IMG/VR virus record: IMGVR_UViG_3300022924_000016
Span: 32,001-96,000 of that record
DNA: 64,000 bases
Direction: 5' to 3' (one strand)
Origin: a virus
In this document: in pieces, positions 47,943 through 59,073 of the stretch
Position numbering within the stretch: position 1 is the stretch's first letter
How the letters are laid out: each line of letters opens with the position of its first letter
The notes under the pieces: model-generated
The model's input: the letters and a program-made list of their open reading frames with translations, nothing else
What the model was told of the DNA's origin: nothing
The model's database searches: none
Position numbers and translations under genes: made by a program

Positions 47943-50900
47943 GCTTCGATAATTTAAAAAAATTCCTTACATTACCAAAAATGCAATTTGGCGGAGGATT
48001 TGATCCAAATAATCCTATGTCAAGATATGATTATACTTCACCATTTCAATTTCCGCAAAGCCAGCAAAATCCGAATTCGGGAATGTCAGTCTATAGTGGG
48101 TATAATCCCGATTTGCAATATCAGCAGGCAAATCCTTATTATGGGATGAGTGTGAATAGCGGATATGCACCAGCCCAAGCTCCCGCACCTGACATAAACT
48201 GGCTTTCGGATTTGACTAAAACCATGAGTCAAAATATCCAATCCGCACAAAACCCAGTAACTCCAATAGCACAAAATACATCAACAGTCCAGACACCCCC
48301 ACTGACGGCATATGATGATGGGTCAGCTCCTCAGCTAGGGGCAATCAGTTCAAATTATAAATCACCCCAAACAAACATATCGAATTTGAATACCCAAGGA
48401 GGTTACCAATTTAATACTTCGGGTAATAACGTAACAGCAGGGCAAGCTTTAGACGCACAAACAAATTATAATAAACAACAGGCAGAACAACCTCTCAAGT
48501 TATTCAATCCGTTTGGAGGAGTAGATGTATCAGCAGCATTACAATACGGTTTCTATAACGCTGGACAAGGGAACGGAGGTCAAGCCACACTAGGTTTTGG
48601 AAAAGGACTATTAGGCTTAGCTAGGCAGGGATTTAGTGCATACGGAGCAGGGAAGGAACAGAGAAACCTTATGAATCAGCAGAATAATCAACCTATTTAC
48701 AACTCAACACCTCTAGAAAAAGGGGGATTTGTAGATTATATGCAAAAAGGAGGGTCGGTAAGTGTAGGGAAGTTTCTAAGTGGTAAATATATTACTGACT
48801 CATCGGATCAAAATGTTGAAATAGAAAAAAATGAATTTGTGTTGAATGCAAAAGATGGCCAAGTACAAAAAGCTATCGGAGAAACTCACGAAAAAGGAGG
48901 AATTAAAACTAATCTGCCCGAAGGTTCGCAAGTTTTATCAGACCATACAAAAATCGGTGCAAAAAATGCTAAAGAGTTATCTAAAGAATTAGATATTAAA
49001 GTGAAGGCTAAAAATACTTTTGCAGATGTTTTAGACAAATATTCAAAGAAAATTGGCGTAGAAAAAAATATAGAAGAGGGAGAAAAATTAGTAAACCAAA
49101 CAGAAGAAACTCTAAAACTTGAAGAAACAGACACTAAACAAATAAATTTAGATTTCATTCAACAAGAAACAGCTAGAATAGAACAAGAAAAAGAAGAATT
49201 GAACACGCAACAACAAGAAGCTTTTAAGACAATTTTCGATAAGCAGGAATCTCAGAAAGGGAACTTTTTACAGGAGGGAGGAGAAACTGTAGCGACAGCT
49301 ACTCAGGAAGAAGAAATAAATCCAAATGATATAGTAGTCCAAGTTCAGCAAGCAGTTGCTCAGGGAGCACCTATTGAAGAAATAGTGAACAATCTTTTGT
49401 CGATGGGATACTCAGAAGACGAAGCATCTCAAATCATACAAGCTTCACAATCAGAACAGCAACCTCAGATGCAAGAGGGAGGCGTAGCAGGAGAGCCAGG
49501 AGCAAGAATAGGTGACTTTTTAAAATCTGCTAATTTAATAGCACAATCAAAAGGGGTAGAGCCTCCAAAACTTGATTTAGAGAAAGGAGATATCACAAAA
49601 AATTGGACAGAGCTTCAAAATTGGTTTGTAAAAAACGCGCCAGAAGAAGTAATAAGCTACTTTGACGAGCAACCTATTACTAACAAAGGTATGGAAATAC
49701 TTTTAAAGAATAATAAGACAGCTCTTAAAAACTTAGGTATTGACACCAATAGAAAACCTAACAGTTTTAGCCTAGAAGAAAAAAGAGCAATCCAAGAAGC
49801 TATTCCTTTAGATGATAAATTTATTTTAGATCAATTTGCAGACGGTAAAGTAGACTACAGATTTCCACAAGTAAGTGCGAATTCACTTTCTTCAATCACT
49901 CCTCAAAATCAAGCAATAAACGCTTCTATGGTTTCGCCAAGTGGTAATGGATTTCAAGAGCAAGAAATGACTGCTCAAGCTACTGATAATAATACTCAAC
50001 AGAATTCCGCGCAGAGAGGAAGAAATGTAATCCCGATGTTACCTGTCCTTGAAGGACTTACCCCTAGTGCCGCGCTTATTCCAAGAGCAGACCAAGTAAG
50101 ATTCAATAGGCTAGAACCTACTTTAAGAACACCAGAGGCTTCAATAGCCGCAATAAATAATCAGACTAATTTTGTAAACCAGCAGGCATTTCAGTCAAAT
50201 CCAAATCTTGCACCTTTCTTAACGGCAACAAATTTAGGAACAACACAACAGTCTGTAAATAAAGCAATAGCAGAAACAGACGCTTATAATGCCGAGGCAG
50301 TTAATAGAGCCAATACTTACAATGCAAATGTAGGCGATAAAGAACAGTTGATGAATATAAATCTCGGTCAAAACTATGAGCAAAGGTTATTCAAGACTAT
50401 TGATAATCAAGAGCAGGCTTGGAGCAGATATCTGGTAAACAAGCAATTGCAAAACAAGCAGAATTGGATGGACGTAAATAATTTGAATTTGACAAATGCA
50501 ATGACGCCTAATTATCAAACTGACGGATCAAATGTGTATTTTTCAAATCCAAGAGATTATTCAACTAGAAGTGAACAGGACATACAGTTTGATAATTGGT
50601 ATAGAAATGCAACACCACAAGAACAGATAGCGTACAGAAATAGCGTAATTTCTAAAAAACAAGATGGTGGGTATATTTATGAGTTTGAAGATGGTGCTCA
50701 GCCTATGACTGACCAGCAAGCTAGAGAAGTGGCACAAGCAACAGGTTTCACAGAAGATTTTGCAAGAGAGTATTTCAGACAGCAAGGGGCAAATCAAACA
50801 CCTCAATATCAGCAAGCTCCTCAAAGACCAAGAGTCAATCTTGAGACGGATATGATTGCAGATATAACTTCGGGAACTAATAGATATACACCTAATGGTG

Positions 50901-51091
50901 GAGTTATCGTAGGAGACTATAAAAAAGTATGGCTCAATAACAGACCTGAGACTTTCACAGCAAGAACCCAGCCACAGGAGGGAAGGGATTTTACATACCT
51001 TTCACCGCAAGATTTTGTTAAATTTCAGCAAAGTCAGAATTACAAGCAGTATAAGTCTGGATACAAGACTTCAAACATAGCTTCTCGATAA
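47939..51091 (+). CDS. Ejection/cargo protein (1050 aa, Q/N-rich)
   Basis: NVEIEKNE..GETHEKGG motif; Gly-rich amphipathic helix; several QxGG motifs; no Cys. Confidence 0.65.
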   Translation: MSFDNLKKFLTLPKMQFGGGFDPNNPMSRYDYTSPFQFPQSQQNPNSGMSVYSGYNPDLQYQQANPYYGMSVNSGYAPAQAPAPDINWLSDLTKTMSQNIQSAQNPVTPIAQNTSTVQTPPLTAYDDGSAPQLGAISSNYKSPQTNISNLNTQGGYQFNTSGNNVTAGQALDAQTNYNKQQAEQPLKLFNPFGGVDVSAALQYGFYNAGQGNGGQATLGFGKGLLGLARQGFSAYGAGKEQRNLMNQQNNQPIYNSTPLEKGGFVDYMQKGGSVSVGKFLSGKYITDSSDQNVEIEKNEFVLNAKDGQVQKAIGETHEKGGIKTNLPEGSQVLSDHTKIGAKNAKELSKELDIKVKAKNTFADVLDKYSKKIGVEKNIEEGEKLVNQTEETLKLEETDTKQINLDFIQQETARIEQEKEELNTQQQEAFKTIFDKQESQKGNFLQEGGETVATATQEEEINPNDIVVQVQQAVAQGAPIEEIVNNLLSMGYSEDEASQIIQASQSEQQPQMQEGGVAGEPGARIGDFLKSANLIAQSKGVEPPKLDLEKGDITKNWTELQNWFVKNAPEEVISYFDEQPITNKGMEILLKNNKTALKNLGIDTNRKPNSFSLEEKRAIQEAIPLDDKFILDQFADGKVDYRFPQVSANSLSSITPQNQAINASMVSPSGNGFQEQEMTAQATDNNTQQNSAQRGRNVIPMLPVLEGLTPSAALIPRADQVRFNRLEPTLRTPEASIAAINNQTNFVNQQAFQSNPNLAPFLTATNLGTTQQSVNKAIAETDAYNAEAVNRANTYNANVGDKEQLMNINLGQNYEQRLFKTIDNQEQAWSRYLVNKQLQNKQNWMDVNNLNLTNAMTPNYQTDGSNVYFSNPRDYSTRSEQDIQFDNWYRNATPQEQIAYRNSVISKKQDGGYIYEFEDGAQPMTDQQAREVAQATGFTEDFAREYFRQQGANQTPQYQQAPQRPRVNLETDMIADITSGTNRYTPNGGVIVGDYKKVWLNNRPETFTARTQPQEGRDFTYLSPQDFVKFQQSQNYKQYKSGYKTSNIASR

Positions 51092-51107
51092 ATTTTCAAT
51101 TAACGAA

Positions 51108-51139
51108 TTTGTATAACTCAAATTAAATCATTAAATTTG
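51108..51139 (+). promoter_or_regulatory. Bacteroidota promoter for the large ejection-protein operon
   Basis: TTTG-N20-TAAATTTG. Confidence 0.8.
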
Positions 51140-51173
51140 CCTGCTTTACATCAAGAAGTGGGCATTTTTATTT
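51138..51173 (+). terminator. Intrinsic terminator overlapping the promoter
   Basis: TGCCTGCTT-9 nt loop-AAGTGGGCA followed by TTTTTATTT. Confidence 0.7.
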
Positions 51174-51178
51174 AAAAT

Positions 51179-53827
51179 ATGGCAAACTATACTTCCAAGG
51201 ACATAACCCTAGCTCCCGTAACAACGAGCATTAATCTGCCTCTGATACAGCAAGTATTGCAGGTAAAACAGGGTACGTACAATCAGGCGGATGCACAAGT
51301 CCAAGCAGGATTATCTTCTCTTGAAAACTTAAAACTTTTAAGACCGCAAGACACAGAATACCTAAACTCTAAGATTAGAGGTATGACGGCTTCTTTGGAT
51401 AATATGCAGGATAAGGATTTATCTAATCCAAATGTAGCTTCAAATTTCTATTCCACTATAAAATCAGTAGCGAGAGACCCATTTGTAGTAGAGGCCGCAT
51501 CAAATACAGTGAAGTATCAACAGTTTCAAGCACAGATGCAAGACATACAGAAGAAAAATCCTGATAAGTTCCATCAGATAAACTATCAGTTTGCTTTAGA
51601 TAAGGCAGGATTAAACCAGTATATGGAAGGAGCTACAAACTCTTTGGGCAGTTTCTCTTATCATAATTATTCCGATTATAATAAAAATCTTTTGGATAGG
51701 ATGAAGACTTTGAAAGATGTCAGAGGCGACAGGGAAGTCCAAATACAAGGAAATGGAGTAAATGGCTATCCTGAAGGAACACTGATAACTAAAAAATTAA
51801 GTGGTTTAACACCTCAAGAAATTGTAGATTATGTTCCAGGCATGATGACTTCAGAAGATGATATGCAGATGAGGATAGAGGGTTGGTGGACAGGTAAGCA
51901 AAATCCGCAACAACTAGACTCAGAATTTTCGCAATACACGGAAAATAAAAAAGAACAGCTTGATTCAAGTATAAATCTATTAGAGACTAAGGTAAATAAT
52001 AAGCAGAATACGGAAGAAGAAAGAGAAACAGCCAGACAGCAATTAAGGGCTTTCAGAGCGGAAAAAGAGAATTTCTTGAAAAATAGCGCAACGGCAACTT
52101 TAGAAGAGAAGGGATATTTTGTCAAAAAGAATGATTATGTAAAAGCATTGGCAACAAGTGCAGGAGCATCTGAGAGTGTAAGTATATCCGAAGACAAAGC
52201 TTACTTTGCACGTCAAAATCTACAGTTAAAAACAGAAGAGCTAGATATAAAAAGAGCAGAGTTAGCACTAAAACAACAAAAAGCTGGAACTACAGGAGGT
52301 CTCTATGGCATGGAAGGTATTAGTGAATCGCCACTCACAGCAGAAACAGCCCCTAATATTGACCCGATAGAACAAGTTACAGAAAACTATAAATTAACAC
52401 AAGGACAGCTTACAGAAAATATCTTAGATATATACAAATCTAACGCTACAGCAAGTGAAATAAAAGACCAATACTCGGCATCTATGAATGCTATGGGATA
52501 CACGCCAGAGGGGAACTTGTTAAATGCAAATAAACAGCCAACTATAGATAAGGCAACGGCTATGTCTAAAGCTTTTGAAGACTCAAAAATGTATTTATCT
52601 AATCCTGATAAAGCAGCGGAGATTGTAAGATTGAAAACATTAGCTGATAATTCAGCCTTAGATTATAATAACACTATAGGCTCCGCTTCCAAAGAACTTT
52701 TTAACAGTGCTCCCCAAAAATACATTAGTGAATTTGTTGAAAAAATAAAAGCTTTGGAGATGGAAGATGACGGATTTATAACAGGATTATTCGGTATTGG
52801 AGGAGGTTCGGAAAGAGTACAGAATTTAACAGCTGAAGCAAGAAAGTTCATAAATGAAGTAGGGGGAGAGAGAAATTTAAAGAGTATAGGAAGCAATAAT
52901 GCGAGACTAGAAAAATTTAGAGACCTTTATGGTAAACTTTCGCAAGAAAAAGAATATAATCTGAATTTTAGATTAGGGAATATGACGTTCGCTAGAGATG
53001 TGGAGGCAAAAGCAGGAGAACTTCTTAAATCTACAGGAGTGATGACTTCTTATGGAAGTGCCAATCAAGCAACTCTTAGTAATGAAAGTCAAAATCAAAG
53101 ACTTATATCAATGATTCCTACAACGGAAGAGAGTAGACCATTTGACCCAAAGAAAAAAATAACAGTATATCAAAGAATTGTAGATGGAAGCCCTTCATTT
53201 GTAGTAGAGCAAAATGTCGGTTTTAATGAGAAAATGGGACAGATTAAAAAAGCAACAGCTGTACTGACTCCTAAAATGGCAGGATATGAATTCCTAAGAC
53301 AAAGCTTAGATATGAATGAATCTTCAAGAGGACTCAGTGCAGAAGTAGCAAAAGAAAAAATAAGTATTGCGAAAAATCCAGCATATATAAAAGATGACGG
53401 AAAGTACGCACCTAAAATTGCAGATTACCTGTTAAAAAACACTCCTCCTAACTATATAGGAAAAGCATTTTTCGCAAACCCAGCAAATTATTTGACTAAA
53501 ACTAATACGGAAGAGGCTTATTCAAATGTTTTAAGGAATAACTTTACTCCCGAACAAATACAGCAAGTTACAGAGCATATTTCAAGCCGTCTATCCCAAT
53601 ATAAAATTGATCTAGAACCCTTGGATGGAGAATGGTATATGTCTCTGGAAGATAAAGAAACAGGTGCAGATTATAGAGGTGGAAAATTAGGACAGAAAAA
53701 TTTAGAAACTCAATTTTTAAACATTGCTCAAAATTATCCTCATACAATAGTCTTAGACTTCTTTTTAAGAGACCTAGCTACAAACAATAAAAATGCATTT
53801 AATAGAATTATGAATAATGGCAGATAA
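51179..53827 (+). CDS. Ejection/cargo protein (882 aa)
   Basis: Helical, Cys-free; lies between cargo genes. Confidence 0.6.
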   Translation: MANYTSKDITLAPVTTSINLPLIQQVLQVKQGTYNQADAQVQAGLSSLENLKLLRPQDTEYLNSKIRGMTASLDNMQDKDLSNPNVASNFYSTIKSVARDPFVVEAASNTVKYQQFQAQMQDIQKKNPDKFHQINYQFALDKAGLNQYMEGATNSLGSFSYHNYSDYNKNLLDRMKTLKDVRGDREVQIQGNGVNGYPEGTLITKKLSGLTPQEIVDYVPGMMTSEDDMQMRIEGWWTGKQNPQQLDSEFSQYTENKKEQLDSSINLLETKVNNKQNTEEERETARQQLRAFRAEKENFLKNSATATLEEKGYFVKKNDYVKALATSAGASESVSISEDKAYFARQNLQLKTEELDIKRAELALKQQKAGTTGGLYGMEGISESPLTAETAPNIDPIEQVTENYKLTQGQLTENILDIYKSNATASEIKDQYSASMNAMGYTPEGNLLNANKQPTIDKATAMSKAFEDSKMYLSNPDKAAEIVRLKTLADNSALDYNNTIGSASKELFNSAPQKYISEFVEKIKALEMEDDGFITGLFGIGGGSERVQNLTAEARKFINEVGGERNLKSIGSNNARLEKFRDLYGKLSQEKEYNLNFRLGNMTFARDVEAKAGELLKSTGVMTSYGSANQATLSNESQNQRLISMIPTTEESRPFDPKKKITVYQRIVDGSPSFVVEQNVGFNEKMGQIKKATAVLTPKMAGYEFLRQSLDMNESSRGLSAEVAKEKISIAKNPAYIKDDGKYAPKIADYLLKNTPPNYIGKAFFANPANYLTKTNTEEAYSNVLRNNFTPEQIQQVTEHISSRLSQYKIDLEPLDGEWYMSLEDKETGADYRGGKLGQKNLETQFLNIAQNYPHTIVLDFFLRDLATNNKNAFNRIMNNGR

Positions 53828-56800
53828 CAACTTAAATGCGCTTATAGATAATAAAACTATTTCGCCAGAACTTCAGGCAGTTGAACAGGATATTAGAACT
53901 AGAGCAAGTACTCCTCAAATAGACCCTTCTAAAACTAACGGAATTATAAGCAATATTAAAACCGATAATGACTATTTTTACAAGGCTCCTATTAACAGTC
54001 CTCAAAAGATAGCATTAGAGTCGAAAAATTACAATATAAATGATGCTTATGCTCAACTTAATGATGGTACCTACATAGCAAAATATGATACTTATAAAGA
54101 AGGAGCAAACAATAATGAGATTCATGCACAAAATCAAGGAACAGGAGAAAAGTGGCTTAATGGCTTAGCTAAATTTGGAGGCAAAACTCTAAACGCAGTT
54201 ATAGGCGGAACAGCAGGAGTTGTTTATGGAGCAGGGGCGGGAATAGCAGATTGGAAATTTGACTCTGTTTACGATAATAATTTTTCAAACTGGCTAGGAG
54301 ATTTAGATACCAAAATGAACTACAATCTTCCTAACTACTACACGCAACAGGAAACACAAAAAGGATTGGGAGGACAATTATTCACTTCTAATTTTTGGGC
54401 GGATAAAGTTCTAGGAGGATTGTCTTTTACAGCAGGAGCAATTGTATCAGAGGGTATATGGGCTTATGCAACAGGAGGAACTTCTCTAGCAACCACTACC
54501 GCAAGATGGTCTACAAGAACAGCGGGTATGGCAAGAATAGCTAGCGGGACTTCAAAGTTTTCAAGACTTTTAAAAAATTCACTCACAGTAGGAGAGGATG
54601 TAGCAAGAGTAGGTACGGGATTGGTAGATGATTCTATAAACGTGGGAAGAGCCGTAGCTTTTGGTAAGGCGGGAGATGCTTTAAACACTTTAAGATTTAC
54701 AATGACTTCGGCAGGATATGAAGCCTCCGTTGAAGCCTTGCAGTATAAAAAAGAACAAGAGGAAAACTTTTATAGAAATTTTCAAGAAAAAAACGGAAGA
54801 CAGCCCGATCAAGAAGAGATAACAGCTTTTCAAGAAAATCTAAGTTCCTCTGCAAATGCAGTTTTTGGAGTGAATATGGCTTTGGTGGGAAGTTCTAATT
54901 TGGTAACTCTAGGAAGAGTATTCAATCTAAAATCACCTGTAAAAACAGGTTTTGGAGAGATGTACAACAGAGCCTTGTATGGAATAGGAAAAGCAACGCC
55001 TTCAAGACTCCAATCCATTAATAGAAGAATATTACCCTTTGTTCAAAATGCAGTAACTGAGGGACTTTATGAAGAAGGTGGTCAATCGATTACTTCAGCT
55101 ACGGCAGGAAAATGGCTAGAACATGCTTACGATACAAACAACACAAAAGACTCTTTTGATTTAGCAGGGGCTTTATATGAAAACATTTCTCACCAATATG
55201 GTTCAAAAGAAGGATGGGTTGAGAATGGAGTAGGTATAATCATTGGTCTTTTAGGAGAGGCTGGGACAGGAAATACAAGAGGAGGAATAAGCAGGCAAGT
55301 TCAAGAATTTGAGAACCGTTCAAAATTAAATGAAACTTATACTTCAAAAGCATTATCGGAGCATTTCTTGATGATGAACCGTATTAACGGGTTTAATAAA
55401 CAATCAGAAGATGCGCAAAAAAGAGGCAATCTTACAGAAGCTAGAATAGCACAAGACGGAGTAATATTTTCACTTTTAAACAATCGTTACCAATTAGGAG
55501 ATTCTGTTTCAGATGTAGGCTTAGATATTGAAAAAGCTTTGGGAACAGTTACGCAAGACCAGCTAACAGAAATGGGAGTAGAAACTGATTTAGACACTTG
55601 GAAACAAGAACAGTCAACAGCGTTCTCAGAAGTTGCAAAATCTTTCAAAAAGAACAGACAGTTTGCAGAATATATAATAGGAAGAAATCCTGTTGCGGGA
55701 ATACAGGAATTAGAGTCAGTTAACCAACTCAATGGAATTACGGACGAAAATGGAAACTCTCGAATAAATAATCAAGAAGCTCTTATACAAAGTCTAGCTT
55801 TTACAATGATGGGTGGTCAAAGATCGCATACCACCATGAAGGAAGCTGTTCAAGAGATGTCTGAGATTTTAGATTATGAAAAAGTAAAGGCTTTAGATAC
55901 AATATCTAGCTTAGAAACAGTAACTCAAGAAAAAAGAAATCAAGTAAATATTGCTATAAACAGAAGCAATTCTTTAGAGGAGCAAAGAGGAAGACTTGTA
56001 GAACAGTTAAGAAATATTCAGGAAACCACGCAAGGGGATACTGACACAGGAACTAAAGTTTTGAGGTTATCTGACAGGCTTGCAAAACTTACAAACCTGA
56101 TTGATTCTAATAATACAGAATTACAGCAACTTGCAGATGAAGTAAATCTAAATAACAAAACTTTAGAACAGACCACAGGCGTAAACCTAAATCAAGGTTT
56201 AGATATTCAGAGTATCAGTGTAGAGGACTTAAAAAACCTTGATTCAAATATCAAAAATTTAGGGTCTGTAATGGATGCTATAAAAGCTTCTAATCCTGAA
56301 AATTCTGCCAGACTTGAAGCAATTTTAGAAGAGTACAAGAACTCTAGAAAAACATTTGGAGCTTATCAGTCAACTGTATTAGCTTTCAGGGATGGAAAAG
56401 TAAACATTGATAACATCAATACTTTAGTTGGGCGCAAAGTCTTAAAAAAGAACAAAAACTTAGATTCGGCAACAAAAGAGTGGCTGTCAGAAATTTTAGG
56501 AAATTACTCAAAACAAGCTGTAGACGCTTTAGATGAGTTAACTAAAATTAACAACAGAACCACTGTTATTTCAAACGAGTCTATAGTAGATAAGAGAAGA
56601 AGAGGTGATACTTTATCAGAAGAGGAACAAACGTACTACAACGAAAATAAGACGGAGATAGATACTTTTATGAAAAGAGAGCCTATACTTCCAGTTGTAC
56701 CCTTACCAACAGCTAAAACTAAACTTCAATACCTGAGAGAAAGACTTGCTAATTTAGTTTCTAGGTCTAATAACTCCTTGACTTTTATTGGGACTTCAAC

Positions 56801-59069
56801 AGACGAATTTCTTTTAGAAAAACCAACACAAGCGGAAGTAGCAGAATACCAAAATCTATTAAGAGGAGAAACGGGGGAAAAAGCACAACTTTATCAAAAA
56901 CTTGACAATTTATATGAAACACTTTTATCCAATGGGAACAGTGAATCAGAAGCAGAAAGACTAGCTTTAGAATCGCTAACAGAGCAAGAAAGAAATCTTT
57001 TAAGACAGAGAAGTCCGAAAAGAAGAGAAGTGGAAAACTCTTCTGAATTAATAGTAGGCCAAAGGGTAAGCACTCTGACCGACCAAGGAACGGTTACTTC
57101 AATTGATGGAGAATTGGTAACTATTGACTTAGACCAAAAAGGAACATTGACCGCAAACCCAAGACTTGTAGAAATTTTTACCGAGCCTTCAGTAGTAAAC
57201 GTAGATAGATTAGAGCTGTTAAGGGAAAAATTATCAAATTGGAAAGTTTTAGACAGTTTCATAAATGAGGAAGGACTAACAATGGCTGACCTTGCAGAAT
57301 TGATTCAACAGCAACAGCAGAACATTTCAGAGCAAGAAACCATAACTGAAATCACAGAAGATGATTCTTATGCTATGACTCAAGAATCTCAAGCAGGAGA
57401 AAAACTTGATGATTATACTCTGGCACAAAATGTCACAGGAAATGCCACAATAAAGAGAAATAAAGACGGCTCTGTGACTTTGCATCACATATCAGCACAA
57501 TCTCTGGTAAATATCATAGGGGAGCCTTTCCAAGCTACAAGAAAAGGCAAGCCTATTGATATATCGGAAATCGCAATAGGCGATATAGTTACGACAGAAA
57601 GTGGATTAATGTTTTCAGTAGAGTCAGGAAACATCTTGAAAACGAGGAGTGAAGCATTTGATAACATCCCTCTTTTAGTAGTAAGAAGTGCCTCTACAAG
57701 CTGGACTTATGCAGATTTATACTATTTTAACGGTTCGGAGTATGTAAAGAAACCTTCAGACTTTTTTGAAGATATCCAAGCAGATGAGATTTATAATCTT
57801 GAACAAGGCGCGCCTATAAGATTTGAAATTGACAGGCAGGACAGTTACACAAAACAGCTTTTAGATAAATACAAAAAATCACCCACGGAAGAAAATCGAA
57901 AAGCTTTAACAGACGGTATTAAAATTTATTTAGTTTCAAAGGGTAGAAGAATTTCAACTTTAAAAGGAGAAAGAGGCGCATCACCTGATAATTTCAAGCT
58001 TTTAAGAGAAAAGGCTTTTGAATTAGCTATACAGGACAGCTATGAAGCAGACCTCCAAGCAACTTCAACAGTTTCGGCAGTATTTTTAGGGAGCCCTCAA
58101 TTTTTCATTTCAGAAGACGGGCAGTTAGAATCAAGACCATTCACAGAAACTTCATTAGATAAAGTTTTGACTAAAGGGTATATTTTAAATGGTGAAGTCG
58201 TAACATCAGAAGACCTACCACAAGTAAATACTTCCTACGTATCTAAGATTTCAAGAAAATACCCTCAAAGAAAAATGCCCTTGGTGGTTGTAAAAAGAGG
58301 TGAAAATTACGTAGCTTTGCCAATATTTTTGAATAAATCACCTTTAGGGCAAAGAGGATTAGACATGGTGGAGAATGCCATAGAAACAGCCACGAGTCCA
58401 ATAGAAGTTGCAAAGAACTTGAATGCACTGATTAACCAAGAAGGTATCAGAACTGAAAAGGTACTACCGCAAGAAGTTACAGATGAAAATCTTGAAAGAA
58501 TCAGAACAGCTTTTCAAGAACATTTAATTTTCACAACAGCAGATGAAATAGCTTCACAAGATTATAACAAATCTAATCTTTTAGTGGATGCTCAGATGTA
58601 TATTGACGCAGATAATCTAGAACAGGTAATCAATGCTCCAAAAGTAAGAATAGATATTCAAAATATGCTTTTCAATCAAGAAGCAACCTTTGATACATCT
58701 GATGTCAAAACTTCGGTGGAAAATGAATTAGATACTTTAGCAAAAGACCTTTATAACGATTTCATAAGAAATGCTTCCGCAACTTACGTAAATTCCAAAG
58801 GAGATATCATAGAAAATTCCTATACGGATGCCTTTGACGAAGAAAGTATGATGGAAGGGAGTTCACACCTTGATAAACTTCACAACATACGAATTTTAAG
58901 AGAAGCTTTCAAAGTGGATTTCTCTAAAAATAAGATTTTGAGGGATGCTGTAGGAAACGACAAGATTGAAAGAATAAAAATTCTTTTCGGTATTTTAGAT
59001 AACATCAACAAACAAGTAAAGCCTAAAGAAGATATTCTGAAATCGGGCAATAACAACACTAAATGTTAA
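53817..59069 (+). CDS. Large ejection protein (1750 aa) with Gly-rich membrane-type helices
   Basis: QGTGEKWLNG..GGTAGVVYGAG, NFWADKVLGG, EASVEA and EGLYEEGGQ motifs; the only Cys is the last residue. Confidence 0.7.
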   Translation: MADNNLNALIDNKTISPELQAVEQDIRTRASTPQIDPSKTNGIISNIKTDNDYFYKAPINSPQKIALESKNYNINDAYAQLNDGTYIAKYDTYKEGANNNEIHAQNQGTGEKWLNGLAKFGGKTLNAVIGGTAGVVYGAGAGIADWKFDSVYDNNFSNWLGDLDTKMNYNLPNYYTQQETQKGLGGQLFTSNFWADKVLGGLSFTAGAIVSEGIWAYATGGTSLATTTARWSTRTAGMARIASGTSKFSRLLKNSLTVGEDVARVGTGLVDDSINVGRAVAFGKAGDALNTLRFTMTSAGYEASVEALQYKKEQEENFYRNFQEKNGRQPDQEEITAFQENLSSSANAVFGVNMALVGSSNLVTLGRVFNLKSPVKTGFGEMYNRALYGIGKATPSRLQSINRRILPFVQNAVTEGLYEEGGQSITSATAGKWLEHAYDTNNTKDSFDLAGALYENISHQYGSKEGWVENGVGIIIGLLGEAGTGNTRGGISRQVQEFENRSKLNETYTSKALSEHFLMMNRINGFNKQSEDAQKRGNLTEARIAQDGVIFSLLNNRYQLGDSVSDVGLDIEKALGTVTQDQLTEMGVETDLDTWKQEQSTAFSEVAKSFKKNRQFAEYIIGRNPVAGIQELESVNQLNGITDENGNSRINNQEALIQSLAFTMMGGQRSHTTMKEAVQEMSEILDYEKVKALDTISSLETVTQEKRNQVNIAINRSNSLEEQRGRLVEQLRNIQETTQGDTDTGTKVLRLSDRLAKLTNLIDSNNTELQQLADEVNLNNKTLEQTTGVNLNQGLDIQSISVEDLKNLDSNIKNLGSVMDAIKASNPENSARLEAILEEYKNSRKTFGAYQSTVLAFRDGKVNIDNINTLVGRKVLKKNKNLDSATKEWLSEILGNYSKQAVDALDELTKINNRTTVISNESIVDKRRRGDTLSEEEQTYYNENKTEIDTFMKREPILPVVPLPTAKTKLQYLRERLANLVSRSNNSLTFIGTSTDEFLLEKPTQAEVAEYQNLLRGETGEKAQLYQKLDNLYETLLSNGNSESEAERLALESLTEQERNLLRQRSPKRREVENSSELIVGQRVSTLTDQGTVTSIDGELVTIDLDQKGTLTANPRLVEIFTEPSVVNVDRLELLREKLSNWKVLDSFINEEGLTMADLAELIQQQQQNISEQETITEITEDDSYAMTQESQAGEKLDDYTLAQNVTGNATIKRNKDGSVTLHHISAQSLVNIIGEPFQATRKGKPIDISEIAIGDIVTTESGLMFSVESGNILKTRSEAFDNIPLLVVRSASTSWTYADLYYFNGSEYVKKPSDFFEDIQADEIYNLEQGAPIRFEIDRQDSYTKQLLDKYKKSPTEENRKALTDGIKIYLVSKGRRISTLKGERGASPDNFKLLREKAFELAIQDSYEADLQATSTVSAVFLGSPQFFISEDGQLESRPFTETSLDKVLTKGYILNGEVVTSEDLPQVNTSYVSKISRKYPQRKMPLVVVKRGENYVALPIFLNKSPLGQRGLDMVENAIETATSPIEVAKNLNALINQEGIRTEKVLPQEVTDENLERIRTAFQEHLIFTTADEIASQDYNKSNLLVDAQMYIDADNLEQVINAPKVRIDIQNMLFNQEATFDTSDVKTSVENELDTLAKDLYNDFIRNASATYVNSKGDIIENSYTDAFDEESMMEGSSHLDKLHNIRILREAFKVDFSKNKILRDAVGNDKIERIKILFGILDNINKQVKPKEDILKSGNNNTKC

Positions 59070-59073
59070 TAAA

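Noticed and set aside
48060-48170. Short internal duplication (NPNSGMSVYSGY / NPYYGMSVNSGY)
   Set aside because: Only two degenerate copies in a low-complexity region; not a CRISPR or DGR repeat, and no reverse transcriptase is present
57535-57610. GKPIDISEIAIGDIVTTESG resembling a Hint/intein N-terminal block
   Set aside because: No preceding Cys nucleophile, no block B His and no terminal HN
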